Assembly: GCF_016432865.1 (NCBI RefSeq) | Contig: NC_067403.1 | Coordinates: 262,570,001-262,634,000 of the forward strand | Source: Antechinus flavipes | Lineage: Eukaryota | Reading direction: 5' to 3' | Length of the DNA: 64,000 nt | In this document: in pieces, positions 11,456 through 22,590 of the stretch | Position numbering within the stretch: the stretch's first letter is position 1 | How the letters are laid out: each line of letters starts with the position of its first letter | The notes under the pieces: generated by a model | Databases searched by the model: none | Told to the model about the DNA's origin: nothing | Seen by the model: only the letters and a program-made list of their open reading frames with translations | Position numbers and translations under genes: made by a program

Positions 11456-12976
11456 CTGCGAGGGCAGAGACGTGGGTTAGCTTTGGGCAGCGCCCACCCC
11501 GCCCATCCCCCCTTCCTCGCTCGGACCCCTTCGGGCCGGCCGCTCCGGGCTCCGGTAGGAGGGAAGCCGCGGGGAGCGGGGAGCGGGGACCCCCGTTACC
11601 CCTCACGGCCGCTTCTCCTCAGTGATCCGCCTCCGCCAGGGAGAGCCGCCCCTTCTCTCCCATTTTGCAGAAGGGAACCGGCAAGGCTGAGCCCTTAGCA
11701 GAGTCTCCCTGATTCTCACTGAGGCGGCTCGAAGCTTTTTGGGGGGGAGGGGGGAGGAGCAGCTTAAAATGTAACTGGGAAACATAGAACAGAATTGGTA
11801 AAAACACCAGGAAAGGTAAATAATGCTATGGGGGGGGGGGCTGAGCCCGCAGCCTGCAGGGAGCCGAGGAGCCCCCTCCCTGCTGAACCCCTTTGTCTCC
11901 TTTGAGCTTCTAGGGGGGCCCCAGGGGATCCCCGGCCTCCAGGGCGTTCAGGGAGGCTACGGGGGAACCGCAACAAGCCTCTTTGCCTCCCTCTTAGATC
12001 CAGAGGCCAAGGGCTGCTGGGCCCTCTCAGCCTCAGTTTCCGCATCTGTAAATTGGGCTCCCAGCTCTCCCTGCCTCAGAGGTAAGGCTCTGGTTTCCGT
12101 GGATACATGTTATCATTCTTTATGGCTATGAAGGAAGTGGGGGGCAGGGAGTGGAGCCTAAACTGGCCTCCGGGCTCTGCCCCTCCCCCAGGCCCCGGCT
12201 CTCCTCCTCTTCTCTTCGGGAGGACTCCTGGGGGTGGGGGAGGGGTCTGGAGGACTTTGGGGAGAAGCTGAGAGTGTGGATGTGGAGACGGTGGGGGAGG
12301 GGAGGCCCTTTCTTCACTTCCCCTCCTCCTCCTCACAGCTGACCACTTCCTCAGTTTCACCAGCGACGGGGTGTGCGTTGGGGGGTGGGGGAGGGTGCAA
12401 GGAAGCAGGGTCAGGGAGGGATGATCAGTGAGCAGACCTGGCCCAGGGCGGGTGGGCTCCTGGGATGGGGGGGAGGTGGGACCCAGGCCAGAGGAGACCC
12501 GAATAGGCGAGGAGGGCAGATGGGCAAAGGTCAGGACCTGAGAGGAGGGGAGGGTCAACTGGCACCGGCTGGGGCTTCGGGCGTGGGCGCCAGGCCAGTG
12601 GGCGGAGGGCTTCTGTGGGGGCGGGGCTGTTCCCAGGAGAGAGGCCCCCCAGTGAGCCGCAGGTGGGAGGGGCTTTCTAGCCACACCCCCAATCCCTGAA
12701 AGGCCTGAGGCTCCTCCTGGAGCAGACAGCGCTGGGCCACCCTCCTCAGGCCTCTGCCCCTCCCACTCGTACCCATTTCCCCCACTCAGCCAGTGAGACC
12801 TTCTATTCCCCAGTCATTCCTGAGCCCAGGCCGGCGAGGGGTCGGGGCCGCGTTGCCTGAGAGCCCCTGGGAACACATTTAGCCTGGGGAGGGTGGATTT
12901 GGGCAGCGAGAAGAGAATCCCCTCCCCGGGGAGGAAATGAAGAGCTTCTCCCAGTCCCGGCCCCCGGGGTACTTAC

Positions 12977-12983
12977 CTCTTCA
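12977..12983 (-). CDS. TNNI2: TNNI2 exon 3, 7-nt microexon TGAAGAG
   Basis: Long pyrimidine tract, accag acceptor and gtaagt donor. It restores MGDEE as in the human gene. Confidence 0.92.
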
Positions 12984-13109
12984 CTGGTTGGGGAGGGGGA
13001 AAGAAGGAGAGAAAAAGAGAGAAGAGAAGTTAGAGGTGGTTCCAGAGAAGAAGGGCTAGAAAACCAGGGGGGACCGAGCTGGGGGGAGGGGCTGGGCCGG
13101 GATACTCAC

Positions 13110-13117
13110 TCTCCCAT
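13110..13117 (-). CDS. TNNI2: TNNI2 exon 2 coding part ATGGGAGA (whole exon 13110-13139)
   Basis: ccacag acceptor, ATG GGA GA and gtgagt donor. Confidence 0.93.
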
Positions 13118-13284
13118 CCTGAGGGCTTGGTGGCAGCACCTGTGGAAAGAGCAAGATCCAAGATGAATGGGGCCTCTCCCCCCTTCCCCCTCCCAAAGGG
13201 GTCGAGGGATCCCTGGGACCCCCAAGGGCACTTTCCTTCCTGACCAACCTTAGCTGGGAAAATGCCCAAGAGTCAGGGAAAGTG

Positions 13285-13475
13285 TTTCTAAAAATGGGAC
13301 AATATTTGCGAGTTGGGGGGGAGGGGAGGCTGGATTACAGATCTCCTGAGCAGCTGTTTCCTTGAGCAATTCCTTCCCCCCCAACTGGGCCTGGAGGGAC
13401 TGGGAGGCTGAGTCTTCACTAAAGGGACAGGCCAGCACAGGTGGCCTCTGGGGCCAGAGGAGATATTTATAGCTC
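13285..13475. promoter_or_regulatory. Probable TnI-fast intron-1 muscle enhancer (IRE/FIRE-like)
   Basis: Contains MEF2-like CTAAAAATGG (13288-13297), a G-rich CACC box (13315-13326), GGATTA (13332-13337), CAGG, E-boxes CAGCTG (13351) and CAGGTG (13438), and an AT-rich MEF2-like site (13463-13472). Confidence 0.6.
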
Positions 13476-13834
13476 CGGCCCCCTTCAGCCCCTTGCCCAA
13501 GGGGGAAGAGAACGGCTCCACCCTTCAGCCATGTCCTTGGTGGGGCTCTCCGCGGGCCTTGGTGATGGGCGGAAGAGTACGACCCCCTCCACCTCGACTT
13601 CTTCAGGAGCCCTAGACTCCCAGGAAGCACTTCTCCAAATAAGGCCCAATACTCATCTTTATTTGAGCCTCTGGAAGCAGCCAAAGGGACCTGGGGGCCA
13701 CCATGGAAACCCCCGTAAGTCAGCCAGGACCAGTGCTGCCAGAGAGGCCTTGTCCCCGGGACAGAGCCTCCACCTTGGGTTCCTCTGCCTCCTCCCTGGC
13801 AGCCTCCCCAGCCCTCAGGGCCCCCCGCGCTCAC

Positions 13835-13935
13835 CTAGCTTCCCCGAGAAGTGCACGGCCGCAGATTTACGGGAAGAGGTCAGGACGCAAGACGCAGATC
13901 CAGCAGCTGGGTCCGGTGGGAGGGGGTATAAATGG
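13835..13935 (-). promoter_or_regulatory. TNNI2 non-coding exon 1 (donor at 13834, start about 13900) and TATA-like TTTATA (13927-13932)
   Basis: CTAG|gtgagc donor, E-box at 13904 and a TATA-like element at the expected spacing. The TSS is inferred. Confidence 0.55.
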
Positions 13936-14416
13936 GCGTCCAGGGCGGGGGCCCAAGCTCTGTAAGGGCATGCAGCTTTCTCAGACCAATGAGGGACAGA
14001 GACTCAAAGACCTCCCTAGGGAGTCCTGGAGATGGGGGGGGGGGCAGGAAAGAAGAGGATCCATCCAGGGAGAGGGAGGAGAGAGAGAAGGGGGGGAGGG
14101 CTGGACAAGGGCAAGTCTATTTAGGGTTTTGTGACAAGCCCAAGATACCTTGAGCTTCTGAGGAGCTATAGACACCAAGTCTGCCCTGCCTAGTCCAGCC
14201 CAGACCTCCTGCAGGCCGCAGAAAGCCAAGGCTCAGAGAGTCATCGCTCTGTCTGGCTCCACAGCAGTGTCCCGAAACACAGCAAACCAGTCAGGAAAAC
14301 CTGCGGTCAGTCTGACCTCCGACTCTTGCTATCTGTAGGACCTGAGACAACTCGGGGTTTTAGCTTTGTTTTTCCCCTATGGGATAGGAGAGCCTCCTCG
14401 TGGGGCTACTGACAGT

Positions 14417-15930
14417 CAATGAGTCTTTATCAAGCACTGACTACTAAATGCTGGGGATACAAAGAAAGGCAAACACGCATTCCCTTCCATCAAGGAGATC
14501 ACAGGGGAAGACAACAGGTGAAGAACTAGGTACAATGAAGAGCAATCAATCCACAGAACTTCGAAGGTCATCTTCAAAAAAGGTCCCAGCAGTGGGAGAG
14601 GCCTGGAAAGGCCTCCTGCTGGAGGAAAGTCGGGAGGTAGAAGTGAAGAGGGAGGGCATTCCAGGCACAGAAAACGGCCAATACAAAGATCACGGAGTTG
14701 GGAGATGAAGTAGTGACCAGTAGGGCTGGATCATAGAGTGGGTAGAGAGAAGACTAGAAAGGCAGGGCCTTAAGCACTAGAGGAATTTATTTTTGATTCT
14801 GGAGGTAACAGAGGGATGGGGTGGAGACCGTGTGACATGGTCTAATAGATTACTTTGGTAACTGATCATAGACTGGAGGGGGAGAGACTGGAAGCAGAAA
14901 TATCCTCTCCACTCCACCCGCAGCCTGTGCAATAATTCAGGGGAGAGGGAATGAAGTCCTGTGTCAGAGTGGAGAAGAGAATTAAAAGAGAGAAGGGGAC
15001 TCAAATATTCCAGATGTTGCAGAGATGAAATTGACCAGACATGTTCTAGAAGTGAAATCGACTGGATATACTCCAGAGGTGAAATCGACCAGAAATGCTT
15101 AAAAGAGATACAAATTGACCAAAGGGGTTCCAGAGGCGAATTTGACCAGAGATACTGCAGAAGTGAAATTTACCAAAGATGTTCCAATGGACTAGAAACG
15201 TTACAAAGGTGAAATCAACCAGAGATGCAGCAGAGTTTAATTTGATCAGAGATATTAGAGAAATGAAATCTACAAGATATGGTCCAAAGATGAAATCAAC
15301 CAGAAATGCAGAAGAGGTAAAATTGACCAGAGATGTTCTGAAATCAACCAGAGATGTTCCAGAGGTGAAATCAACAGGCCTTAGCACCACATTGGATATG
15401 GGGGATAGGGGGTAAGTGGGGTGAGAGTAATGAGGAGTCCAAGATAACTCTTAAGTTGAGATTCTGACGGATTGGGAAGACGCTAATGCCCTGGACAGTA
15501 ACTTGAAAGTTAGGAAGAAAAGGGGCTTCAGCGGAACCTGGGGCTTCAGCTTGGGCCATATTATTTAAGATGGCTCGGGGATATCCAATTTGAAATGCCT
15601 GAAAGGCTTAGACGACATGAGATTGAGAGAGGTTAGGCGGCTTAGATAAGTAAATTTGAGAATCATCAGCCCAGAGATGGTAATTAAATCCCTGGAAGTT
15701 GATGAGATAACCCAGGAAGATGATCTAGAGGGAGGGAAGAGGCTCTAGGACTAACCCTGAGGAACACCTCATCTTATCAGCCTGACTTGGATAAGGATCT
15801 AACTAAGGAGAAGGAGAACTAATCTGATGGGAGTTGCCTGGAAAACCTAAGAGAGAAAAGTATTCTGGAAAAGGTAAAGGAGGAGGGGGAATGAGAAAAG
15901 GTCATTGGATTTGACAATGACTTTGCAAAC
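14417..15930 (-). mobile_element. L2 LINE fossil
   Basis: L2 3' tail (tttatcaagcact...tgctggggatacaaag) and L2 ORF2-like segments such as aggtgaaatcaacaggcc...ggatatggggg. Confidence 0.75.
15007..15372. repeat. Degenerate, about 30-bp tandem repeat expanded inside the L2 (ccagagatgttccagaggtgaaatcga)
   Basis: Direct reading. Confidence 0.75.
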
Positions 15931-18006
15931 CCTAAAAAATGAAGGGGAAAGAGAAAGGCTCCAAGGCAGCTTTTAAAACCAGTCTTCACAGACCCCCATT
16001 TCTTTATTCAGCCCTTTCTCTGCCTGCCTGTTCCAGGGCAGCTGTGGAGCTGAAAAGGATCCTGAAATAGCCAATGCTTAAACCAAAGATTCGCAGCTTT
16101 GATGGTGGCGATCCAGGTCTTGATGGTGGAAGGGGAAAGGAGCCCACCACTGCCCTGACGGAGCATCCCCCCTCACGCTGCAGGGAGTCCTCTTGGCCAT
16201 CTTTGATGCCTCCCATTCTGGGCTCTGGGGCCCCGGCCTAGGGCTAGGAGACGGACACCCTTCCACTCCATGGAAAATCTTGAAGGAAGATTCTGGCCTC
16301 CAGCTTCCCCTCTGTGCGAGCAGTCAGAGCCTTTTCGGGGCTCACAATGTAGTCCCTCTACATATGAACCCGCACATTTAGTTAACGTTCACTTGCTGCC
16401 ACACTCTGGCCAGTCAGGGAAACGCAGGCTGGGATTCTTCACAGAGGCCGCCTTAGAAGGGAATGAGGAAATGCTTTTTTCTCTGTCATCCCTGTTTAGC
16501 CGGCAGGGAAATGAGGACCCAGGTGCCCCCACACATCCACATACCCCTTCTATTCTCTCCCTTTCTGAGCTTCCTCCCCCCTCCTAATCCTCCAAAGGAA
16601 AGGGGAATAAGCAAAAAACAGCGCGAGGAAAATATTTTAAAACTCCCAATTCCCCATGGGTAGAAGGGCTCGGGACCTAAATGTCCCCGGCCCCAAATCC
16701 AGCGGCTCTGGAGCTTAGGATCTGGGTGACCTCGGGCAAATCCCTGCCCACTCCGGGCCTCAGTTTTCCCATCAGGCAAACGGACCCCAATGTCCCTGGT
16801 GCCTCATTCTCCCCCCGGGAGGTTCGGCCGAGGGGTGGAGGGGAAATCTTGACGAGCAGCTCTCCCATGTGCGCGGCTTCTCAGAATGACCCTGGAGCGG
16901 CCCGAGGTCGTTGGGGAAGCGCAGAAGGGACGGGAGGGGCAGCGGGGGCAGGGGGACCACAGGGGCTCCAGACAACAGGGGGCTCAGGAACTCCCGCTGG
17001 GGGCAGAATGGGGGGGGGGCGTCAGAAACCGCGGGCCCCGGTCAGCTCTGGAGAACTGAGCCTTAAACCTTGGGAAACGGCCAAGGCAAGAAATCACAAC
17101 CGCCCACTGCCCGGATGCCGGGACGGGCGTTTTCTGTAGGATGGAACCCGGGCCAATAACAGCCCGGAGGAGTGTTGGGCTGTGGGAGCAAAGGGCGCCC
17201 CCTGCCCCCCATCACAGGCCGGCCGGACCCTGGCCCAGGGGCCCCTTTATCACAGGACGGTGTGGAAGCGTGGGACACAAGGGGCTGGAGAAGAGAAAGG
17301 GCCGGCCCCTGGTCCCCGAGCCCGCTGACCCCGAAAGGGCCCCGGGCAGTGCCGGGACGGCCGGGCTCTTCCCCCCTGCGGGAGCAGAAGCTCCATCCCG
17401 GGGGCCCGGCCTGTCCTCAGACCTTCCCAAGCATCCAGACTCCTCGGGACGGGACAGCGGCCGGGAGCCGAGGGGGACGAGTTCCTCTGCCCCGGAAGGA
17501 TGCACCAGGGAGGCTACCGCGGAGGCTGCAGGGAAGGGGGGGCGCTGAGAGCCGGGGTTCCCTGCCGGCTTGTGAGAGCGCAGCTGCCCCCTCCCAGCCG
17601 ACTCCTGGGGGGGCCGTGAGGGAGGGAAGGAGGGAGCTGCATTTTCCCCCTCTCTGGCTCCCCCTCGTGGCCAGAACAAGAATGGGCAGAGGAAGCGGCT
17701 GATGCTGGGCCCGTAGCAGGGAGTCCCAGGGAGGCTCCGGGGAGCCCGGCTGTGCTCCCCACCCTGTCCTTGCTCCTCCTGGGCATCGCAGCCGGCGTCC
17801 CCAGGGCGCACGGGGGGGGAAGGGAAGTGGCTCCTTAGGCCACAGAGGACTGGGAAAGGTGGCGGCCCCCCCCGACCCCGGGGCCCCCTCCCCGGGGCTC
17901 CCCAGCAGCACCCCCCGAAGGCTCCGCCTGTCCCAGCCTTGGGGAAGCTCTGACCGGGCGAGAACCAAGAGTCGGGACAGGGCCTGGACGCGGTCAGCAC
18001 TGCCTG

Positions 18007-18012
18007 TTTATT
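18007..18012 (-). terminator. SYT8 polyadenylation signal AATAAA
   Basis: 30 nt after the stop codon. Confidence 0.8.
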
Positions 18013-18042
18013 GGGGGAGGGTCTCCGTGGGGGCCCCTCCTC

Positions 18043-18255
18043 CTAGGGGCCCCTTTTCAGCGTCAGGGCCTGGTCCACCTCCTCGGGGGGCCGCAGTCTG
18101 TGCCACTGGGCCACGGGCCGCCGGGCCTGGGCCAGCATGTCCGACCAGTGGTGCAGCTGCTGCCCCGCGGCCCGGCCGCCCAGCAGGAGCTTCCCCAGGG
18201 GCCGGGCCCTGGACGCGCGGCCGCGGCCCCACACGGACACCAGCAGGTCCACGTT
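18043..18255 (-). CDS. SYT8: SYT8 last exon (NVDLLVSVW...HWSDMLAQARRPVAQWHRL...KRGP*)
   Basis: Synaptotagmin C2B end with the WHxL motif. Full CDS is 1161 nt = 386 aa over 8 coding exons. Confidence 0.93.
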   Translation of the reverse strand, partial: NVDLLVSVWGRGRASRARPLGKLLLGGRAAGQQLHHWSDMLAQARRPVAQWHRLRPPEEVDQALTLKRGP

Positions 18256-18331
18256 CTGGGGAGGAGACAGACCAGGCTCAGCCCCGCCCTCGGGAGCCCC
18301 GGCCCGGGGCCGCCTCTGCCCGGGAGCCCAC

Positions 18332-18465
18332 CTGGATCTGGCTGAAGGGCACGGGGAAGGCGAAGGCTTCGTTAAAGTAGGGGCTGCCCAAGCTGCTTTT
18401 CACCCCGGTTTTCTTCTTCTTCCATTTCTTCCCGTTCAGGAGGAGCTGAACCTTCACATAGGAAT
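18332..18465 (-). CDS. SYT8: SYT8 exon ([20 protein letters not shown]...[17 protein letters not shown])
   Basis: 134 nt, C2B polybasic stretch, AG/GT boundaries. Confidence 0.94.
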
Positions 18466-18535
18466 CTGGGGGGGGGGAAGCTGCTGAGCCCTGGGCCCCT
18501 TCCCGGCCCCCCCCCGGCCCGGCCGGACCCCCCAC

Positions 18536-18641
18536 CTGACAGCCCCTGCCGCAGGCCTCGAGCCTCCAGGATCACCACCGTCAGCCTCCCGGTGCTGGGC
18601 ACGTAGCGGAGGGAGAAGCAAAGCTCCCCCGTCTGCTCCTG
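18536..18641 (-). CDS. SYT8: SYT8 exon ([35 protein letters not shown])
   Basis: 106 nt, start of C2B, NAGNAG-type acceptor. Confidence 0.93.
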
Positions 18642-19236
18642 CTGCGGGGGGACAGAAGCGGGTCAGCGCCGCCTCCCGGGGCCCCCGTCTTCCCGCTCCG
18701 TGAACCGGGTGGAAGTAGCCTGTGCTCCCTGTGCCGCCATCGGGCCGATCCTCCTGGGGCCAGACCGGGGGAGTCCCCGCTGCTCCTGCCATCTCGGGGC
18801 CTCTCTCAGGCCTTGCCGGTGACCCCGCTCCCCCCCTGCCCCCCTTTTTGTGGGGGCGTCCCCTCCTGCCCCCGGGGGCCCCTCACGTCCTGGCTCCGGC
18901 TCCTCCCTGGAGCCTTCTCTGGCCCCCAGGACCACAAGCTCCCCCGGAGAAACCCCCATCTGGCCCCTCTTCTATCTGGTGACGTCCTACTGAGGTGCAG
19001 AGGGGGAAGGCCCTGAGGGGTCCTGGCCAATCCCAGGTGGGCTCAGCTTCTCACTGGCCTTCCCTTTATGCCGCGGATGCTGGGACCGTGGAGGACGCGC
19101 TCCCTCCCATGGGCTGCTGGGCTTCACGCGGCTCCCAGGGCGGCTTTTCCCAAAGCCGAGTCCGGGGGTCCGGGGGGGAGTGAGCCAGGGGGGAGCGGGG
19201 GGCCCGGGGGCCTCAGAATGTGACCCCGAGTCTCAC

Positions 19237-19404
19237 CTGGGCCCCGCCGGGCGGCCCCAGCTCATACCACTGCTCCAGGACGTGCTGAAGGTCGCTCGTG
19301 CCCAGGGGGATCAGCAGCTCCCCGAGGGGCGGCTGGCAGGAGAAGCGGTGGAAATCCAGGACCTGGATCACCAGCAGGGCCTCGGGGAGCTCCGCCTGGG
19401 GTAC
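19237..19404 (-). CDS. SYT8: SYT8 exon (VPQAELPEALLVIQVLDFHRFS...WYELGPPGGAQ)
   Basis: 168 nt, second half of C2A. Confidence 0.94.
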
Positions 19405-19518
19405 CTGAGGGGAAGCGGGGGGAGCCCCAGAATTCGCCTCCCGGCCCCAGTCTGCCAGTGCCCCCACACCAGCCCCCCGGCTCTGGGCACCGCCGCCTCC
19501 CCACCCCCCGAGCTCTAC

Positions 19519-19686
19519 CTGGAAGACGCAGCTCTCGTTGAAGACGGGGCCCAGGGTCTGCCGGTGCACCTTGGTCTCGTGGACCCTCCGGGGGTCCGAC
19601 CTCAGGTAGATCCTGGCGTAGGGGTCGGCCAGGCCCGTGGCCTGCAGGGCCCTCAGATCGGCCGCCTGCTTCAGGCCGACCCTCAG
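19519..19686 (-). CDS. SYT8: SYT8 exon (LRVGLKQAADL...DPYARI...HETKVHRQTLGPVFNESCVFQ)
   Basis: 168 nt, first half of C2A. Confidence 0.94.
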
Positions 19687-19840
19687 CTGGGGGAGAGGAG
19701 GACCCTCAGACCCGAGGAGGGGGGGACCCCGTGTCCTCGCAGCCCTCTCCTGGGTCCCTCCGGCCTCCAGCAGCCAGAGGAGGAAGGTCCCCGCCCGCTT
19801 CTTCACAGAGAAGAGTCCTCCCGGGGTCGCCGTCACCCAC

Positions 19841-19936
19841 CTCCTGGCTCCGGAAGTTGTATTCTAGGGAGACCTGCAGCCGCCCCCTCCTGGGCTCCTC
19901 CAGCCCCAGCGCCACGTCGTCCAGCTCGGGCTGCAC
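19841..19936 (-). CDS. SYT8: SYT8 exon (VQPELDD...GRLQVSLEYNFRSQE)
   Basis: 96 nt, linker and start of C2A. Confidence 0.92.
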
Positions 19937-20014
19937 CTGCGCCGGAGGAAGCCCGAGGATCGATCCCCCTTCTGGCTCCGGGAGAAGCCCCCAGTCTGGG
20001 GACCGAGAGCACCA

Positions 20015-20856
20015 ATGTGGGGCACTCGCTCCCACAGGCACTCACCAGATGGGCACTCACTCCCATGGGCATTCACTCCTGCGGGCACTTGCTCCCACGG
20101 GCACTCACCAGGTGGGCACTCACTCCCATGGGCACTTGCTCCCACGGGCATTCACTCCTGCGGGCACTCACCAGGTGGGCACTCTCTCCTGTGGGCACTC
20201 ACCAGGCGGGCACTCGCTCCCGCGGGCACTCACCAGGCGGGCACTCACTCCCACGGGCACTCACCAGGTGGGCACTCACCAGGTGGGCACTCACTCCCGC
20301 GGGCACTCACCAGGTGGGCACTCACTCCCGTGGGCACTCACCAGGTGGGCACTCTCTCCTGTGGGCACTCACCAGGTGGGCACTCACTCCCACAGGCACT
20401 CACTCCCGCGGGCACTCACCAGGTGGGCATTCACTCCCACAGGCACTCGCTCCCATGGGCACTCACCAGGTGGGCACTCACTCCCATGGGCACTCACCAG
20501 GCAGGCACTCGCTCCCGCGGGCACTCACCAGGTGGGCACTCACTCCCACGGGCACTCACCAGGTGGGCACTCACTCCCACGGGTACTCACCAGGTGGGCA
20601 CTCACTCCCGCGGGCACTCACCAGGTGGGCACTCACTCCCACAGGCACTCGCTCCCATGGGCACTCACCAGGTGGGCACTCGCTCCCATGGGCATTCACT
20701 CCTGCGGGCACTCACCAGGTGGGCACTCACTCCCACGGGCACTCACCAGGTGGGCACTCGCTCCCGCGGGCACTTGCTCCCACGGGCATTCACTCCCGCG
20801 GGCACTCACCAGGTGGGCACTCGCTCCCACGGGCATTCACTCCTGCGGGCACTCAC
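20015..20856. repeat. Minisatellite of 15/16-bp variant units (gggcactcaccaggt / gggcactcactcccac) filling a SYT8 intron
   Basis: Direct reading. The unit equals the adjacent exon/intron junction. Confidence 0.95.
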
Positions 20857-21023
20857 CAGGTGGGCGCTGGTGGCGCTGGAGGCCGTGGCCAGGCCCACCG
20901 TCTCCTTCTTCACACCCTTCTTCCTTCGCCGCCGCCGGCGCCAGCAGCAGACCGCGCAGAGCAGGCAGGAGGCCAGCAGGAAGGCAGCTCCCCCGAGGAC
21001 AGTGACGAGCAGCCACCAGGGCA
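20857..21023 (-). CDS. SYT8: SYT8 transmembrane exon (PWWLLVTVLGGAAFLLASCLLCAVCCWRRRRRRKK...AHL)
   Basis: 167 nt encoding a TM helix, Cys cluster and basic stop-transfer run, as in human SYT8. Confidence 0.92.
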
Positions 21024-21176
21024 CTGTTGGGGGGGAGAGAGCTGGGCCCCCGAGCCGGCTCCACCTCCACACTCAGGGCCCCGCACGGGGGGAAACAGGT
21101 TTGGAAAGCAGGGGGGCTCAGCCACGGTCACAGCGCCCAGGGCAGGGCCCCCCCCAGCACCGGCCCGAGAACTCAC

Positions 21177-21285
21177 GGGGAGTCTTGTCCCAGACGTCGG
21201 GGGAGGGTCCGGGTGTGGCCCGGCTCTGAGCAGGGGAGGGGGACGCAGCAGGAGGGCCGGGGCTGGTCTGATTGACCAGAGTCAT
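21177..21285 (-). CDS. SYT8: SYT8 first coding exon (MTLVNQTSPGPP...DVWDKTP)
   Basis: accATG Kozak and gtgagt donor. Phase 1 matches the next exon. The sequence is poorly conserved, so this is less certain. Confidence 0.75.
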
Positions 21286-22239
21286 GGTCCTGGGCCTCCC
21301 GGGGGGACACACGGTCCTGGAGCGGCCCTGAGCCAGCGCCCCCTGGGGGAGGGTCAGCAGGGGCCGGCGGCAGAGCCAGGGACCCCAGGAGGCGAGCAAG
21401 GAGGAGGGCAAAGGGCAGGGACGGCGCTGTCCCTGCCAGCCGGGCCCCGGGCACTGGTCACAGGAGATGGCGCGACCCGTCCGGGCACCCGGCAGGGAGG
21501 CCCATGTCCCCGGGCGGGGGCAGCAGGCGTGGGGGAGGAGGCTCCCCTGGAGCGTTCCTGGTGGCTGAGTCAGGCGCCCCGCCCTCGCAGCCCGGGGCCA
21601 GGGGGGGGGGGCAAATGGTCCCAGCCCCACAAAGCAGGAGAAAGGTCCCGGGCGCCGTCCCCCGCAGGGCAGGGCCCAGATCAGAGCCCCGAGGCCCGGC
21701 CGTGGGAACTTTGCCCTCCTTCCCCCGTCCCCCTGCGCTCCCTATCGGCCCCCGGTGTTTGCCGGGCGGGCGGCTCCCGGCCTTCGCGAATGGCACCTCC
21801 CGCCGTGCGGGACAGAGGGCTGGGGGGCCCGGGGGCGGGCAGCGGGGGCCGAGCCTCCTCGGGGCCGGACGATTTGGGGGCGACTCCCAGCATCCACGGG
21901 GCCCGGACCCACCTCCCCGGCCTTGCTTGTTCCCTGCCTCCCCCCCTGCCCCCTCCCTAGCGTGAGGGTCTCCCGCCCGCTGCCCCGGGGATCCTGTCTG
22001 CCGGGCGTCCCCACCCCGCCCTGGGAATCCAAGGCCGGGGCTCTCCCCTTCCTCCCAGCAGACTCCAGGGCGAGCACCCGGGACACCCGATGGCCACCCT
22101 TCCTCTCCCTCCTGGTCGGTTTATTGCAGCCTTTGGTGCCTCCAGAGGAAGCCTCAGGGCGGCCTCTGCCAGGGGGGCTCAGGGGCGGGGGAAGGGGCTG
22201 GGGGGGGCGCTCAGCTGGGCTGCTCCGGCTGGTAGAGGT

Positions 22240-22590
22240 GGGCTCAGGGAGGACTCAGGGGTCAGGGAGGACTCAGGGAGGACTCCGGGCTCAGGGAGGA
22301 CTCCAAGCTCAGGGAGGACTCCGGGCTCAGGGAGGACTCCAAGCTCAGGGAGGACTCCAAGCTCAGGGAGGACTCAGGGGTCAGGGAGGGCTCAGGGCTC
22401 GGGGAGGACTCCAGGCTCAGGGCTCAGGGAAGGCTCAGGGCTCAGGGAGGGCTCAGGGCTCAGGGAGGACTCCAAGCTCAGGGAGGACTCCGGGCTCAGG
22501 GAGGACTCCAGGCTCAAGGAGAGCTCCGGGCTCAGGGAGGGCTCAGGGCTCGGGGAGGACTCCAGGCTCAGGGAAGGCTCAGGGCTCAGA
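22240..22590. repeat. About 19-bp minisatellite (ctcagggaggactccgggc variants)
   Basis: Direct reading. Confidence 0.9.

Noticed and set aside
11609-11621. TGAGGAGAAGCGG on the minus strand, resembling the human TNNI2 exon 3-4 junction and suggesting an alternative exon
   Set aside because: It is preceded by CAC, not AG, and the real microexon at 12977-12983 has strong splice sites. Likely chance.
13927-13932. Plus-strand TATAAA as an antisense promoter
   Set aside because: It is better explained as the reverse reading of the TNNI2 TATA-like element, and no downstream plus-strand exon is evident.
19180-21960. 926-aa plus-strand ORF and the overlapping 404/424-aa ORFs
   Set aside because: They are antisense to SYT8 and open only because of the stop-poor minisatellite and extreme GC content. 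The translation is repetitive with no domain.
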